Shown: positions 24,867 through 36,002 of the stretch, piece after piece | Layout of the letters: the number at the start of each line of letters is the position of its first letter | How positions within the stretch are numbered: position 1 is the stretch's first letter | NCBI RefSeq assembly: GCF_963921235.1 | Contig: NC_086100.1 | Coordinates: 200,510,001-200,574,000, forward strand | From: Mobula hypostoma | Lineage: Eukaryota | Direction of reading: 5' to 3' | DNA: 64,000 nucleotides | Notes under the pieces: model-generated | The model's input: the letters and a program-made list of their open reading frames with translations, nothing else | Databases searched by the model: none | Told to the model about the DNA's origin: nothing | Program-made: the position numbers and the translations under genes

Positions 24867-26702
24867 GCTCTGAATTTTTTTCAATGATTTTAAGTTCCCT
24901 GGCCCCCTCTGCTTTATTTTCACCATGGATGTCCAGTCCCTATATACCTCCATACCCCAGCAGGAAGGTCTCAAAGCTGTCTGCTTCTTTTTGGATTCCG
25001 GGCCTAACCAGTTCCTCTCTACCATCACTCTGCTCCATCTAGCGAAATTAGTCCTTACTCTTAATAATTTCTCCTTTGGCTCCTCCCAATTCCTCCAAAC
25101 TAAAGGTGTAGCCATGGGCACCCGTATGGGTCCCAGCTATGCCTGCCTTTTTGTTGGCTTTGTGGAACAATCCATATTCCAAGCCTATACTAGTACCTGT
25201 TCCCCATTTTTCCTTTGCTACATCGACGACTGCATTGGCACTGCTTCCTGCACTAATGCTGAGCTCGTTGACTTCATTAATTTTGTCTCCAACTTTCACC
25301 CTGCCCTCAAGTTTACCTGGTCCATTTCTGACACCTTCCTCCCTTTTCTTGATCTTTCTGTCTCTATCTCTGGAGACAGCTTATCTACTGATGTCTACTA
25401 TAAGCCTACAGACTCTCACAGCTACCTGGACTATTCCTCTTCCCACCCTGTCTCTTGCAAAAATGCCATCCCCTTCTCGCAATTCCTCTGTCTCCGCCGC
25501 ATCTGCTTTCAGGATGAGGCTTTTCATTCCAGGACGAAGGAGATGTCCTCCTTTTTTAAAGAAAGGGGCTTCCCATCCTCCACCATCAACTCTGTTCTCA
25601 AACGCATCTCTCCCATTTCACTCACATCTGCCCTCACCCCATCCTCCTGCCACCCCACTAGGAATAGGGTTCCCTTTGTCCTCAACTACCACCCCACCAA
25701 CCTCCGGGTCCAACATATAATTCTCCGTAACTTCCGCCACCTCCAACAGGATCCACTAAGCACATCTTTCCCTCCCCCCCCCCACCGCTTTCTGCAGGGA
25801 TCGCTCTCTACGCGACTCCCTTGTCCATTCGTCCCCCCCATCCCTCCCCACCGATCTCCCTTCTGGCACTTATCCTTGTAAGCGGAACAAGTGCTACACA
25901 TGCCCTTACACTTCCTCCCTTACCACCATTCAGGGCCCCAAACAGTCCTTCCAGGTGAGGCGATACTTCACCTGTGAGTCGGCTGGGGTGATATACTGCG
26001 TCTGGTGCTCCCGATGCATCCTTCTATATATTGGCAAGACATGACACAGGCTGGGAGACCATTTCGCTGAACACCTACGTTCTGTCCGCCAGAGAAAGCA
26101 GGATCTCCCAGTGGCCACACATTTTAATTCCACATCCCATTCCCATTCTGATATGCCTATCCATGGCCTCCTCTACTGTCAAGATGAAGCCACACTCAGG
26201 TTGGAGGAACAACACCTTATATTCCGTCTGGGTAGCCTCCAACCTGATGGCATGAACATTGACTTCTCTAACTTCCGTTAATGCTCTACCTCCCCTTCGT
26301 ACCCTATCTGTTATTTATTTATTATTTTCCCTTTTTTTCTCTCCCTCTGCCCCTCTCACTATAACTCCCTGCCCATCCTCAGGGCTTCCCCCCCTTTCTT
26401 TTTCCCTAGGCCTCCCATCCCATGATCCTCTCCCTTCTCCAGCCTCGTATCCGTTTTGCCAATCAACTATCCAGCTCTTAGCTCCATCCCTCCCCCTGCT
26501 GTCTTCTCCTATCATTTCAGATCTCCCCCTCCCACTTTCAAATCTCTTACTATCTCTTCTTTCAGTTAGTCCTGACGAAGGGTCTCGGCCCGAAACGTCG
26601 ACTGTACCTCTTCATATAGATGCTGCCTGACCTGCTGCGTTCACCAGCATTTTTATGTGTGTTGCTTGAATTTCCAGCATCTGCAGATTTCCTTGTGTTT
26701 GC
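24867..26702 (+). mobile_element. 5'-truncated Penelope-like element (RT, GIY-YIG, pLTR) inserted in the Nimb RNase H
   Basis: MDVQSLYTSIP, GVAMGTRMGPSYA, YIDDC, YYKPT; GVIYC...LYIGKT after a frameshift; TSD GTATAC (24861-24866 and 26703-26708), whose removal restores GVYTVEM. Confidence 0.95.
26568..26603 (+). ncRNA. Minimal type I hammerhead ribozyme; predicted cleavage after 26599
   Basis: Same 36-mer as 23940-23975. Confidence 0.85.
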
Positions 26703-28133
26703 GTATACACCCCTAACTTATTAGATGTTCTTCTGCTGATTCCAATTTCTTTTGCTGGTATAGCCACACCAAACCCTGTCACTCCTGTTTCAGGTTCCTT
26801 AGCATCATCCGTATAAATCTGAGTATAATCACTATACTTTTTCCATCACATGACAGTTAAATGCACTAACCAAATCAGTTTTATATTTTCCTTTCCTTTT
26901 CACCTCTAACAAATGCCAGTCTATGTCAGGCCATACAAGCTTCCATGGAGCTACAACTGGATAAACTACTGAAGGACTTATCGTTAGATCAAACACTCCA
27001 CATTCTTTAGCAATATCATTCCCTACCCGACTAAAGGTATCCCTCTGAAACCTCCCATTTTCCCAGCACTCCTGCAACACTCGTTTAGCAGCGTGAGAAT
27101 CATTGTGCCCCTGCAAGTTAGTCCAGTAGTTTGCCATCAGTTGCATCGTTCTTAGTTCCAAAGGCATTATTCCCATTTCTACCTGTAGGGCTGATACTGG
27201 TGACGTTTTAAAAGCTCCACTGCACACTCTCAAGGCCTGAGCCTGAATCACATCCAGTTTCCTTATAAGAGACCTAGCTGCTGATCCATATGCTATATTT
27301 CCATAGTCCAACACAGATCTTACTAAAGCCACATACATTCTCTTCAACGCTGAACAACTTGCTCCCCATTCCCTACCAGTCAAACATCTCATCACATTTA
27401 TTACTTTTTTACATTTCTCCTCAATTTTCCAGATATGGTCTGCCCGTGTTAATCGTGAATCAAATATAACTCCCAGAAATTTAAATGATCCAACCCTTTC
27501 TAATTCAATCCCATACATCCTTAACTTCTTCCCTACCTCAATTCTTTTCCTGGTGAAAAATACAGTTTGAATTTTTTCCACTGAAAATCTACATTCCCAG
27601 TCATAACCACCACTCCTTGTAGTTTCCTGATTATATGCTTCATGTTCCTGCCTCTTTTCCACAAGTCCCCATCATCCGCAAACAGTGACCTACCTATATC
27701 CATTGGTACCTTTGTGAAGACATCATTGATCATAATGATGAAAAGTAACGGACTAATCACATTACCTTGAGGTGTGCCATTTCCCACTATGTACTGATTT
27801 GATAATTCAGATCCAATCCGAACTTGAATTTTTCTACCAAACAAAAAATCTTTTATCAAATTAAAAACTCTCCCACCTACACCTATCTTTTGCAGATTAG
27901 TTTACAATCCTTCCTTCCACATCATCTCCTGGGCTTTTCTATGTCAAAAAACACTGCAACTACTGACTCTTTATTTGCCTGGGCCTTTCTTATTTCAGTC
28001 TCTAACCTTATCACTGAGTCCATGGAATTCCTTCCCTTCCTAAAACCACTCTGATAACTTGCCAGCATTCCCCTATTCTCAAGCTCATACAATAGCTTTT
28101 CTGTTATCATCCTTTCCATTATCTGACATACAT

Positions 28134-29709
28134 AGATAAGTCTCCTGGACCAGATGAGGTGCACCCACAGGTTCTAAAGGAAGTGGCTTTGGAGATTGTG
28201 CAGGCATTGGAAATGATCTTCCAGGAATTAATAGACTCTGGCATGGTTCCAGAGGACTGGAAGGTTGCAAATGTAGTTCCGCCATTTAAGAAAGCAGGAA
28301 GGCAGCAAAAAGAAAATTACAGACCTATTAGTCTGACATCGGTAGTTGGAAAGTTGTTGTTCAAGGACAAAGTTATGAAATACCTCGAGGTGCATGACAA
28401 GATAGGCCCAAGCCAGCATGGTTTCCTGAAGGGAAGATCCTGCCTCACCAACCTATTGGAATTTTTTGAGGTAGTCTCAAATAAGATTGACAAGGGAGAG
28501 GCTGTGGATGTTGTGTATTTGGATTTTCAAAAGGCCTTCGATACGGTGCCGCAGAAGAGGCTGCTTAATAAGATGAGACCCATGGAATTACAGGAAAGAT
28601 ATTGGAATGGGTGGAGCATTGGCTGATAGGCAGAAAGCAAAGGGTGGGAATAAAGGGATCCTATTCTGATTGGTTGCCGGTTACTAGTGGTGTTCCACAG
28701 GGGTCAGTGTTGGGGCCGCTGCTTTTTACAATGTATATCAATGATTTGGATTATGGATTAAATGGTTTTGTAGCTAATTTTGCAGATGACACCAAGATAG
28801 GTGGAGGAGCAGGAAGTGTTGAAGAAACAGAAAGGTTGCAGAGAGACTTGGTCAGTTGAGGAGAGTGGGCAAAGAAATGGCAGATGAGATACAACGTTGA
28901 GAAATGTATGGTTGTACATTTTGGAGGAAGAAATAATCGGGCAGATTATTATTTAGATGGGGAGAAAATTCAAAAATTGGAAGTGCAAAGGGACTTGGGG
29001 GTCCTCCTGCAGGATACCTTAAACGTTAACTACCAGGTTGGATAGGTAGTAAGGAAAGCGAATGCTATGTTGGCATTCATCTCAAGAGGAATAGTGTTTA
29101 AGAGTAAGGAGGTGTTGATGAGGCTCTATGGGGCATTGGTGAGACCTCATTTGGAATACTGTGTGCAGTTTTGGGCCCCCTATCTTAGAAGGGTTGTACT
29201 GATGTTGGAGAGAGTTCAGAGAAGATTTACGAGGATGATTCCTGGAATACAGGGGCTAACATATGAGGATCGTTTGATGGCTCTTGAACTGTATTCATTA
29301 GAGTATAGAAGAATGAGAGGGGATCTCATAGAAACATTTCGAACGTTGAAAGGGTTGGACAGAGTAGATGTGGAAAGGCTGTTTCCCTTGGTGGGTGAGT
29401 CCAGGACAAGAGGCCACAGTCTTAGAATTAGAGGGTACCCATTCAAAACAGAGATGAGGAGAAATTTTTCTAGCCAGAGAGTCATGGATTTATGGAATTT
29501 ATTGCCACATACGGCTGTGGAGGCCCGACCATTGAGGATGTTTCAGGAGGAGATTGATAGGTATCTAATTAGTCAGGTTATCAAGAGGTATGGGGGAAAT
29601 GCTGGAAATTGGAACTAGATGGGAGAATAGTTTAGCTCATGGTGGAGTGGTGGAGCAGACTCGATGGGCTGAATAGCCTACTTCTGCTCTTTCGTCTTGT
29701 GATCTTGTG
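28134..29709 (+). mobile_element. 5'-truncated CR1 inserted in the Nimb RT
   Basis: Complete set of RT motifs; (CTTGTGAT)n tail; removal restores IALTPNVCQIMER; only a 2 bp AT overlap at the junctions. Confidence 0.93.
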
Positions 29710-31279
29710 ATTTGGTGTTAATGCTATTGGTCTGTAGCTAGTGGATTTTGACGGATCCTTGCCAGGTTTCCTTATTGGAATTGCTACTGCTTCTTTCCAT
29801 GCACTTGGTAATCTACCCTCCTCCCACACTCTGTTATAAAAATGCAGCAACTTCAAGAGCACTCCTTCTAGATTTTTTAGCATAACGTAGCATATCAGAT
29901 CTTTCCCTGGGGAGGTTGGTCTCGATCTCTATATTGCTCTCACTATTTCTGTTAACGTAAATGGATCATCAATTACATCATCAGTTTCTTCCCTCCCGTT
30001 TAACACACCTGGGTGTTGGCGCATTATTCTTTCCCTTCTCCTTCTCCCTTCTTTAGACAAATTTTCTGAACCGTGTATCTGTACAAATGACTTGGCCATA
30101 ATCTCAGCCTTATCCTTACTGTGACTGCTGTTTCCTCCTCAGATATTACTACTGGATATTCCTATTCCCTTCTATCTCCCCCCACCCTCTTAATCATTCC
30201 CCATACCTCTCCCACAGGTGTTGTCCTTCCTATTTTGTTGCAAAAACTCCTCCAACTTGCCCTTTTAGCTTGACATACAGTTCTTCTCACCACTGCCTGT
30301 GCTTTCTTATATTGAATCAAATGCTGCATATTATGGGTTCTTTTAACTAGCCTGAATGCTCCATTTCTGTTTTTTACAGCCTGACAACATTCCTCTGTCC
30401 ACCATGGTACCAGTTTTCTATTCATCCTATTTTTACTCCTGGGTATAAATCCTTCTGCTGCCATAATAATTGCTGAAGTCACCTGACTGTTTAATTCATC
30501 TACATTTCCAGAAATATCAATCTTTGTCAATGCTTCTTCATTCAACTTCTGGAACTTACCCCAAACTGCTTTTCCAAACACCCACTTTGGGATTCCACCT
30601 GGTCTTATTTCAACTCTTTCATGCACTGAACATAAAACTGGGTAGTGATCACTGCCTACTGCTGAAGCAGTCCAAACTCCCCAGTTACTAACCCCAGCTA
30701 AGGTATTAGACACAAACATAATATCTAATACCGACTCAGTTCCTGTTGTTATGTTTATCCTTGTTCCTCTACCATCATTCATACACACCAAATCCCTTCC
30801 TTCCATCAAATCTTCAATTACCTTTCTATTTGAATCTGTAATTGGATCCCCCCATATTGTGCTGTGAGCATTGAAATCTGCACACCACACTACTTTATGT
30901 CTGCTTTGTCCTTGTATCCTTAATAGGCTGTCCAATTCCAACCTTTTACATGGATTGTAGTAGTTAATTATAACCACTCCCTCCCTTCTCTCCCACACTT
31001 CCACCACTATGTATTCCTGATCATCTCCCTTTCCCAGTACCCTATATGGCATACCTTGCTTGATTAACATAGCACAACCCCCTCCTCCCCCTAGATTTCT
31101 ATCTTTCCTTGTCATTGTATACCCATATACCACAAAGTCTAAAGTTGGTTTCAACCAAGTTTCCTGAATACACACTACATCTGGTTTTACAACCGTTTCT
31201 TTAATAAAGTGCTTGAATTCTTGGCTATTGGCCAGTAAGCTCCTTGCATTCCATTGCAAAAGAATCACCATAATTAGTA

Positions 31280-32600
31280 TTAACCAACACATGACACTTC
31301 CTGGCTTGACTGATTAGTGAGGTTCTCCCTCACTTCTTCCCATGTCAGTCCTACTAACCCTAAATGGTTCACTGCTGCTTTGACCACCGGCTGAATTTTG
31401 TCACTTTTTGACTTTACCTCAGCTGTATTATTAATCACTCCTGCAATGAATGTTACTAGAGCCTTTTTGTCTACATAAATCCTGTTATTTGTTCTTTGTT
31501 GCATCTCTCAGATCCCTATTACTCCCTGTTCATTAGGAGCATTACTCTGTTCTCTTGACATTCTTACAGCTTCTGCATAAGTGATCTTACTTTTCACTCT
31601 TATTTCTTGAATTTTATTCTCCCATCTCATAACCTCACACTCACTATATGCCAAATTATGAGCTCCTCCACAATTGCAGCATTTTGGTTGCACTCCTGTT
31701 CCGCACTTTCCATATTCATGATCACCCCCACATCTAGCACATCTCCTCTGCCTTTTACAGTTTTTAGCCACATGTCCAAACCTTTGACAATTATAACACC
31801 TCAATGGCTTTGGCACATACACCCTTACTGGGAAACTCATGAAACCTAGGAACACCTTCCTTGGCACTCTTTCTTCTTCAAATTCAATCAATACTGTTTC
31901 ACTTTCCTTTTTCACTCCCTCCTTTGTTGTTTTCAGTCTTTGAACATTCATTACTTTTCCTCCTTTGATATTCCTCTTTAACTCCTCCATATTTATACTC
32001 ATTGGTACCCCTGTGATCACTCCTTTACATCCACTACCATTTTGTGCTCCCACCCTCCCTGTGTATTCCACCTTGCATTTTCCTATCTCTTTTAGATTGA
32101 GTGCTTTCTCAAGTTGTTCCTCATTCGCACATCTTACCAATAGGTTGCCATCATTAAGGACTTTTGAAAATACTATTTCCCCTATCTTATTTGTCAGAGT
32201 TGTTGTTAGCACAAATGGGTTAATTTTCTTCATGTTTCCTTGAGCCTTCTCATTAAACCTAATTATGACAACACCTTCTCTCTGAACCTGTTCATATTCC
32301 TCACTTTCAGAGCTCTCTCCACTGTCATTTCTTATTCTTTTATTCCCTTTGTCTCAGTTTTGATTCATCCGTCCCCTCACTATCTCCTCATTCCTTTTAT
32401 TTCTCCCTTCACAATAATCCATTTCTCCCCAGCTGCCTACCTCTGATCCTGAATCCCTATCCCACTCCTTCTCCACTCTTGCCCTTCACCTCACACGCAC
32501 GCATCCGCTCCAGCCTCACCGCTGGCCTCCGGGCAACTCCCACTCTCACTCCTGGCTGCTCCTCTTCAGTTTCTCTTCCTTTTATTTGTCCCTGCCAATT
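31280..32600 (-). pseudogene. Nimb ORF1 (gag-like nucleic-acid-binding protein), disrupted
   Basis: CYNCQRFGHVAKNC, CARCGGDHEYGKC, CCNCGGAHNLAYSEC; in-frame TGA at 31508; 5' start approximate. Confidence 0.85.
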
Positions 32601-32666
32601 ACCTCAAGTACTCACTCCCTCTAATCAACAGATCAACACTCCGTTTAACCCTTCAGTTGCCCTCAA

Positions 32667-32903
32667 TGCTCCTTTTAAAGCACACCCACCTCAGCTCCTC
32701 AGCTGCTTCCCAGCACTCAGCGCTCCCCTGAGCCCCCCACTACTACTCCTGCTGCGATGGTCCCGTGATCACACTGTCCCGAGTCCCCGCTCCGCGCTCC
32801 CTGCTCCCTTTTAAAGCACACCCACCTCAGCTGCTTCCCAGCACTCAGCGCTCCCCCGAGCCCCTCACTACTCCTCCTGCTGTGACAGCCCCGCGATCAC
32901 ACA
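32667..32903 (-). mobile_element. 5'UTR of the CR1 at 22821-23748, built from ~135 bp tandem monomers
   Basis: TGCTCC(C)TTTTAAAGCACACCCACCTCAG at 32667 and 32802; linked to 23748 through the Nimb TSD. Confidence 0.65.
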
Positions 32904-34268
32904 TTATGGCCCACTTAGTCTGACCTTAGTGGTTGGGAATGTGTTGGAGTCGATTAAGGATGTAGTTTCAGGGTATTTCGAGGCACATGAATGTAGTCAG
33001 CATGGTGTCATCAGGGGAATTCTTTGAAAAAATGACAAGCAGAATAGACAAAGGAGAATTGCTTGGTGTTGTGTAGTTGGATTTTCAGAAGGTCTTTGAT
33101 AAGGTGCCACATATGAGGCTGCTTAACAAGCTATGAACCTATGGTATCACAGGAACGATACTAGCATGGATAGAACCTTGGCTGATTGGCAGGAAGCAAA
33201 TAGTGGGAATATAGGGAGCCTTTTCTGCTTGGTTGCTGATGACTAGTAATGTTCCACTGGGGTTGTGTGGGGACCGATTCTTTTTACATTATATGTCAAT
33301 GATTTGGATGATGGAGTTGATGGGTTTGTTGCAAAGTTTGCAGACAATATGAAGATAGGTGGTTTTGAGGAAGTTGATAGGCTACAGGAGGACTTAGGCA
33401 GATTAGGAGAATGGGCAAAGAAGTCGCAGATGGAATACAGTGCCAGGAATGGAGTACAGTGTTGGGAAGTGTATGGTCATACACTTTGATAGAAGAAATT
33501 AAAGGGTTGACTATTTTCCAAATGGAGACAAAATACAAAAATCTGAGGTGCAGTGGGACCTGGGTGTCCTCGTGCAGGATTCCCTAAAGGTTAATTTGCA
33601 GGTTGAGTCTGTGATGAGGAGGGCAAATGTGATGTTAGCATTCATTTCAAGAGGACTAGAATATAAAAGCAAGACTGTAATATTGAGACTTTATGAGGCA
33701 TTGGTGAGGCCTCACTTGAAGTAGTATGAACTGTTTTGGGCATTTTATCTTAGAAAGGATGTGCTGACACTGGAGAGGGTTCAATGGCAGTTCATGAAAA
33801 TGATTCAAGGATTAAATGGATTTTCATGTGAAGGGGGTTTGATGGCTCTGGGTTTGTATTCACTGGAAGTAAGAAGAATGAGGGGTGACCTAATTGAAAC
33901 CTATCGAATGGTGAAAAGCCTTGATAGAGTAGATGTGGAGAGGATGTTTCCTATGGTGGGAGAGTCTAAGACCAGAGGACACAGCCTCAGAATAGAGGGG
34001 CATCCTTTTAGAACAGAGATGAGGAAGAATTTATTTAGCTGGAGAGTGGTTAATCTGTGAAACTCAATGCTACAGGCAGCTGAGGAGGCCATCTTTATAT
34101 ATATTTAAGGAAGACGTTGATTGATTCTTGATTGGTCAGGGTATGAAAGGGTGAGGGGAGAAGGCAGGAGATTGGGGCTAAAGGAAAAATAGATCAGCCA
34201 TGATGAAATGGCAGAGCAGACTCGATGGGCCAAATGGCCTAATTCTGCTCCCATATCTTATGGTCTTA
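32904..34268 (+). mobile_element. Degenerate CR1 RT and 3' end
   Basis: DFQKVFD, FADNMK, RRMRGDLIETY; CTTATGGTCTTA tail. Confidence 0.88.
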
Positions 34269-34311
34269 CGGAGAATTTTGTGCTAGATATGGAGGCTAGT
34301 GCGGTGGTAGG

Positions 34312-34720
34312 TGCTCTCAAAGTTACTTGGTCCATTTCTAACATTTCCCTCCCCTTTCTTGACCTCTCTGTCTATGTCTCTGAACTAATGAGATGTCCTC
34401 ATTCTTCAAAGTAAAAGGCTTTCCTTCCTCCAGCATCAACACCACCCTCAACTGCATTTCTTCCATTTCACGCACGTCTGCCCTCACCCCATCCTCCTGC
34501 TGCCACGCCAGTAATAGGGTTCCTCTTGTCCTCACCTACAACCCCCACTAGTTTCTGCGTCCAGCACACAATTCTTGGTAACCTCTGCCATCTCCAACGG
34601 GATCCTGCCATGAAGCACACCTTTTCCAGCCCACCACTTTCCACTTTGCGCAGGGATCACTCCTTACCTGACACCCTTGCCCATTAGGACCCACAGAGTT
34701 CCTCCAGTGTTCTTTGTGTT
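34312..34720 (+). mobile_element. Old deleted Penelope fragment
   Basis: LKVTWSIS...LPFLDLSV; collinear with 25305-25830 with deletions. Confidence 0.8.
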
Positions 34721-34724
34721 GCAG

Positions 34725-35000
34725 AGTAATAGAACACTACAGCTCAGAAACAAGCCCTTCAGCCTATCTAGTCCATGCCAATGATTGTTCTGCCTAGTTC
34801 CATCGATTCACACCTGGACCATATCCCTCCATACCCCTCCCATCCATGTACTCATCCAAATTTCTCTTGTCATCTAACCTGCATCCACCACTTCTGCTGG
34901 CACCTCATTTCTGAGTGACGTCCCCCTCATGTTTCACCCTTAACCTATGACCTCTAGTTCTGGTCTCACCCTCAGTGGAAAAGGCTGCTTTCCCCTTAAA
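34725..35000 (-). mobile_element. CR1-type 3' tail fragment
   Basis: AGAACACTACAGC...AAGCCCTTCAGCC tail resembling other CR1 ends in the window. Confidence 0.6.
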
Positions 35001-35128
35001 TATTATATCCTTTGCAAGAAGCATTCAGGCATCTTGTACAGAATTTTCTGAATGTTAATTACAGAAGCTAAGACGTTTGGTGACGGACAGCGGGTAATGC
35101 ACAGTGACATCACTGGGGGTGGGGGGTG

Positions 35129-35881
35129 TTACAGAAGGATGCTGCTGGACAGTTGTTCTACGGAGATGGGAGGTATAGACAGCCTGTTACAGATTGGCCT
35201 GAGTTGGATTAGCGATTGCTCTTCATACTCGGGATACCAGCCGCACTTGGAATGATTTCTGTCCTTTGCCTCGTCGGGAATAAACTCTGGGAAGTCTGGA
35301 GTAGTGGAGGCAGCACAAGTGTCAGGTAGTTCTGGCCTCAGTATCAGGCCAGGACCGGCAGTCGACCCTGTGCCCAGGGTTCCCGGCCCACTGCCTTTCC
35401 CAGCTCTTAGCTGCTGGGCTCTCCTGGTGTTGTTCTTGTCTGGGATGGGCCTTCTCTTGAAATGTCCGCTCCGGAACACTAGAGGCCTCAAAGGCATGCT
35501 GCCTGGTGGACGACATCTCCTGGGGTTGGGGTCTGGCTCCACAAGCCGGAAGAAGGGCTTCACCCAACGCCTGCGAAACTGGCTTGGGTCCAACCTTTGC
35601 ACCGAGGTGACGTTTCCAAGTTCATCGAAGGTCATGATGTTGTTGGATGGGAGGCGGCTGCGTTGAACCTTCATCGCATTCTGGAGGTACAGTGGCACCC
35701 AACGGGCCTCACAGGGAACCAGGGGAATCTCTTCGGAGGCTGGTGGTTGGACCAGGTCTGCTTCTCTCTCAAATAAAGGCTTGCTGATATTCCACACTTT
35801 CTGTGTGTTGTGAAGGTGTCTCATGGCCTTGAAGCCATAACTCTTCCTGATCGTGATGGCTTCTGGGGTCTGCTCAGGTTC
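35129..35881 (-). CDS. c2orf81: C2orf81 (DUF4639)-like, last coding exon
   Basis: Acceptor GCTAAT...TTCTCTGACCCTAG|GAA, phase 0; open to TAA at 35129; VQRLDPSQFRRRWVKP resembles the C2orf81 motif I recall as KRLDPARLPxHWVRP. Confidence 0.8.
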   Translation of the reverse strand, partial: EPEQTPEAITIRKSYGFKAMRHLHNTQKVWNISKPLFEREADLVQPPASEEIPLVPCEARWVPLYLQNAMKVQRSRLPSNNIMTFDELGNVTSVQRLDPSQFRRRWVKPFFRLVEPDPNPRRCRPPGSMPLRPLVFRSGHFKRRPIPDKNNTRRAQQLRAGKGSGPGTLGTGSTAGPGLILRPELPDTCAASTTPDFPEFIPDEAKDRNHSKCGWYPEYEEQSLIQLRPICNRLSIPPISVEQLSSSILL

Positions 35882-36002
35882 CTAGGGTCAGAGAATATCA
35901 GGATTAGCAGCTGGACAAAGTCGTGACCTTCCTGGAACACTATCTTGCTCCAGGAAGGGTAACGATACTTTAGAGAGGATTCACTCAATCCTCCCTGAAG
36001 CA

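Larger units (their letters stand above)
24120..31271 (-). pseudogene. Nimb ORF2 (EN-RT-RNase H-Zn finger), frameshifted and interrupted
   Basis: LQWNARSL, IQETWL, ADFNAH, GSDH; YRPIALT, QSGFRKGR, GTPQG, LFADD; RNase H YTD, VYTVE, ICSDS, WVPAHVGVKGNERVD; RLRLGH, CEEC...EHVVLCC. Confidence 0.9.
23749..32666 (-). mobile_element. Full-length Nimb/I-clade non-LTR retrotransposon (~5.3 kb after removing three nested inserts)
   Basis: ORF1 with three CCHC knuckles; ORF2 with APE endonuclease, RT, RNase H and C-terminal Cys/His finger; (GAA)n 3' tail at ~23750; 7 bp TSD TGCTCCT (23742-23748 and 32667-32673). Confidence 0.9.

Noticed and set aside
23905..26702. A single Penelope flanked by two pLTRs
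   Set aside because: Each piece has its own TSD and the intervening DNA is contiguous Nimb, so these are two insertions.
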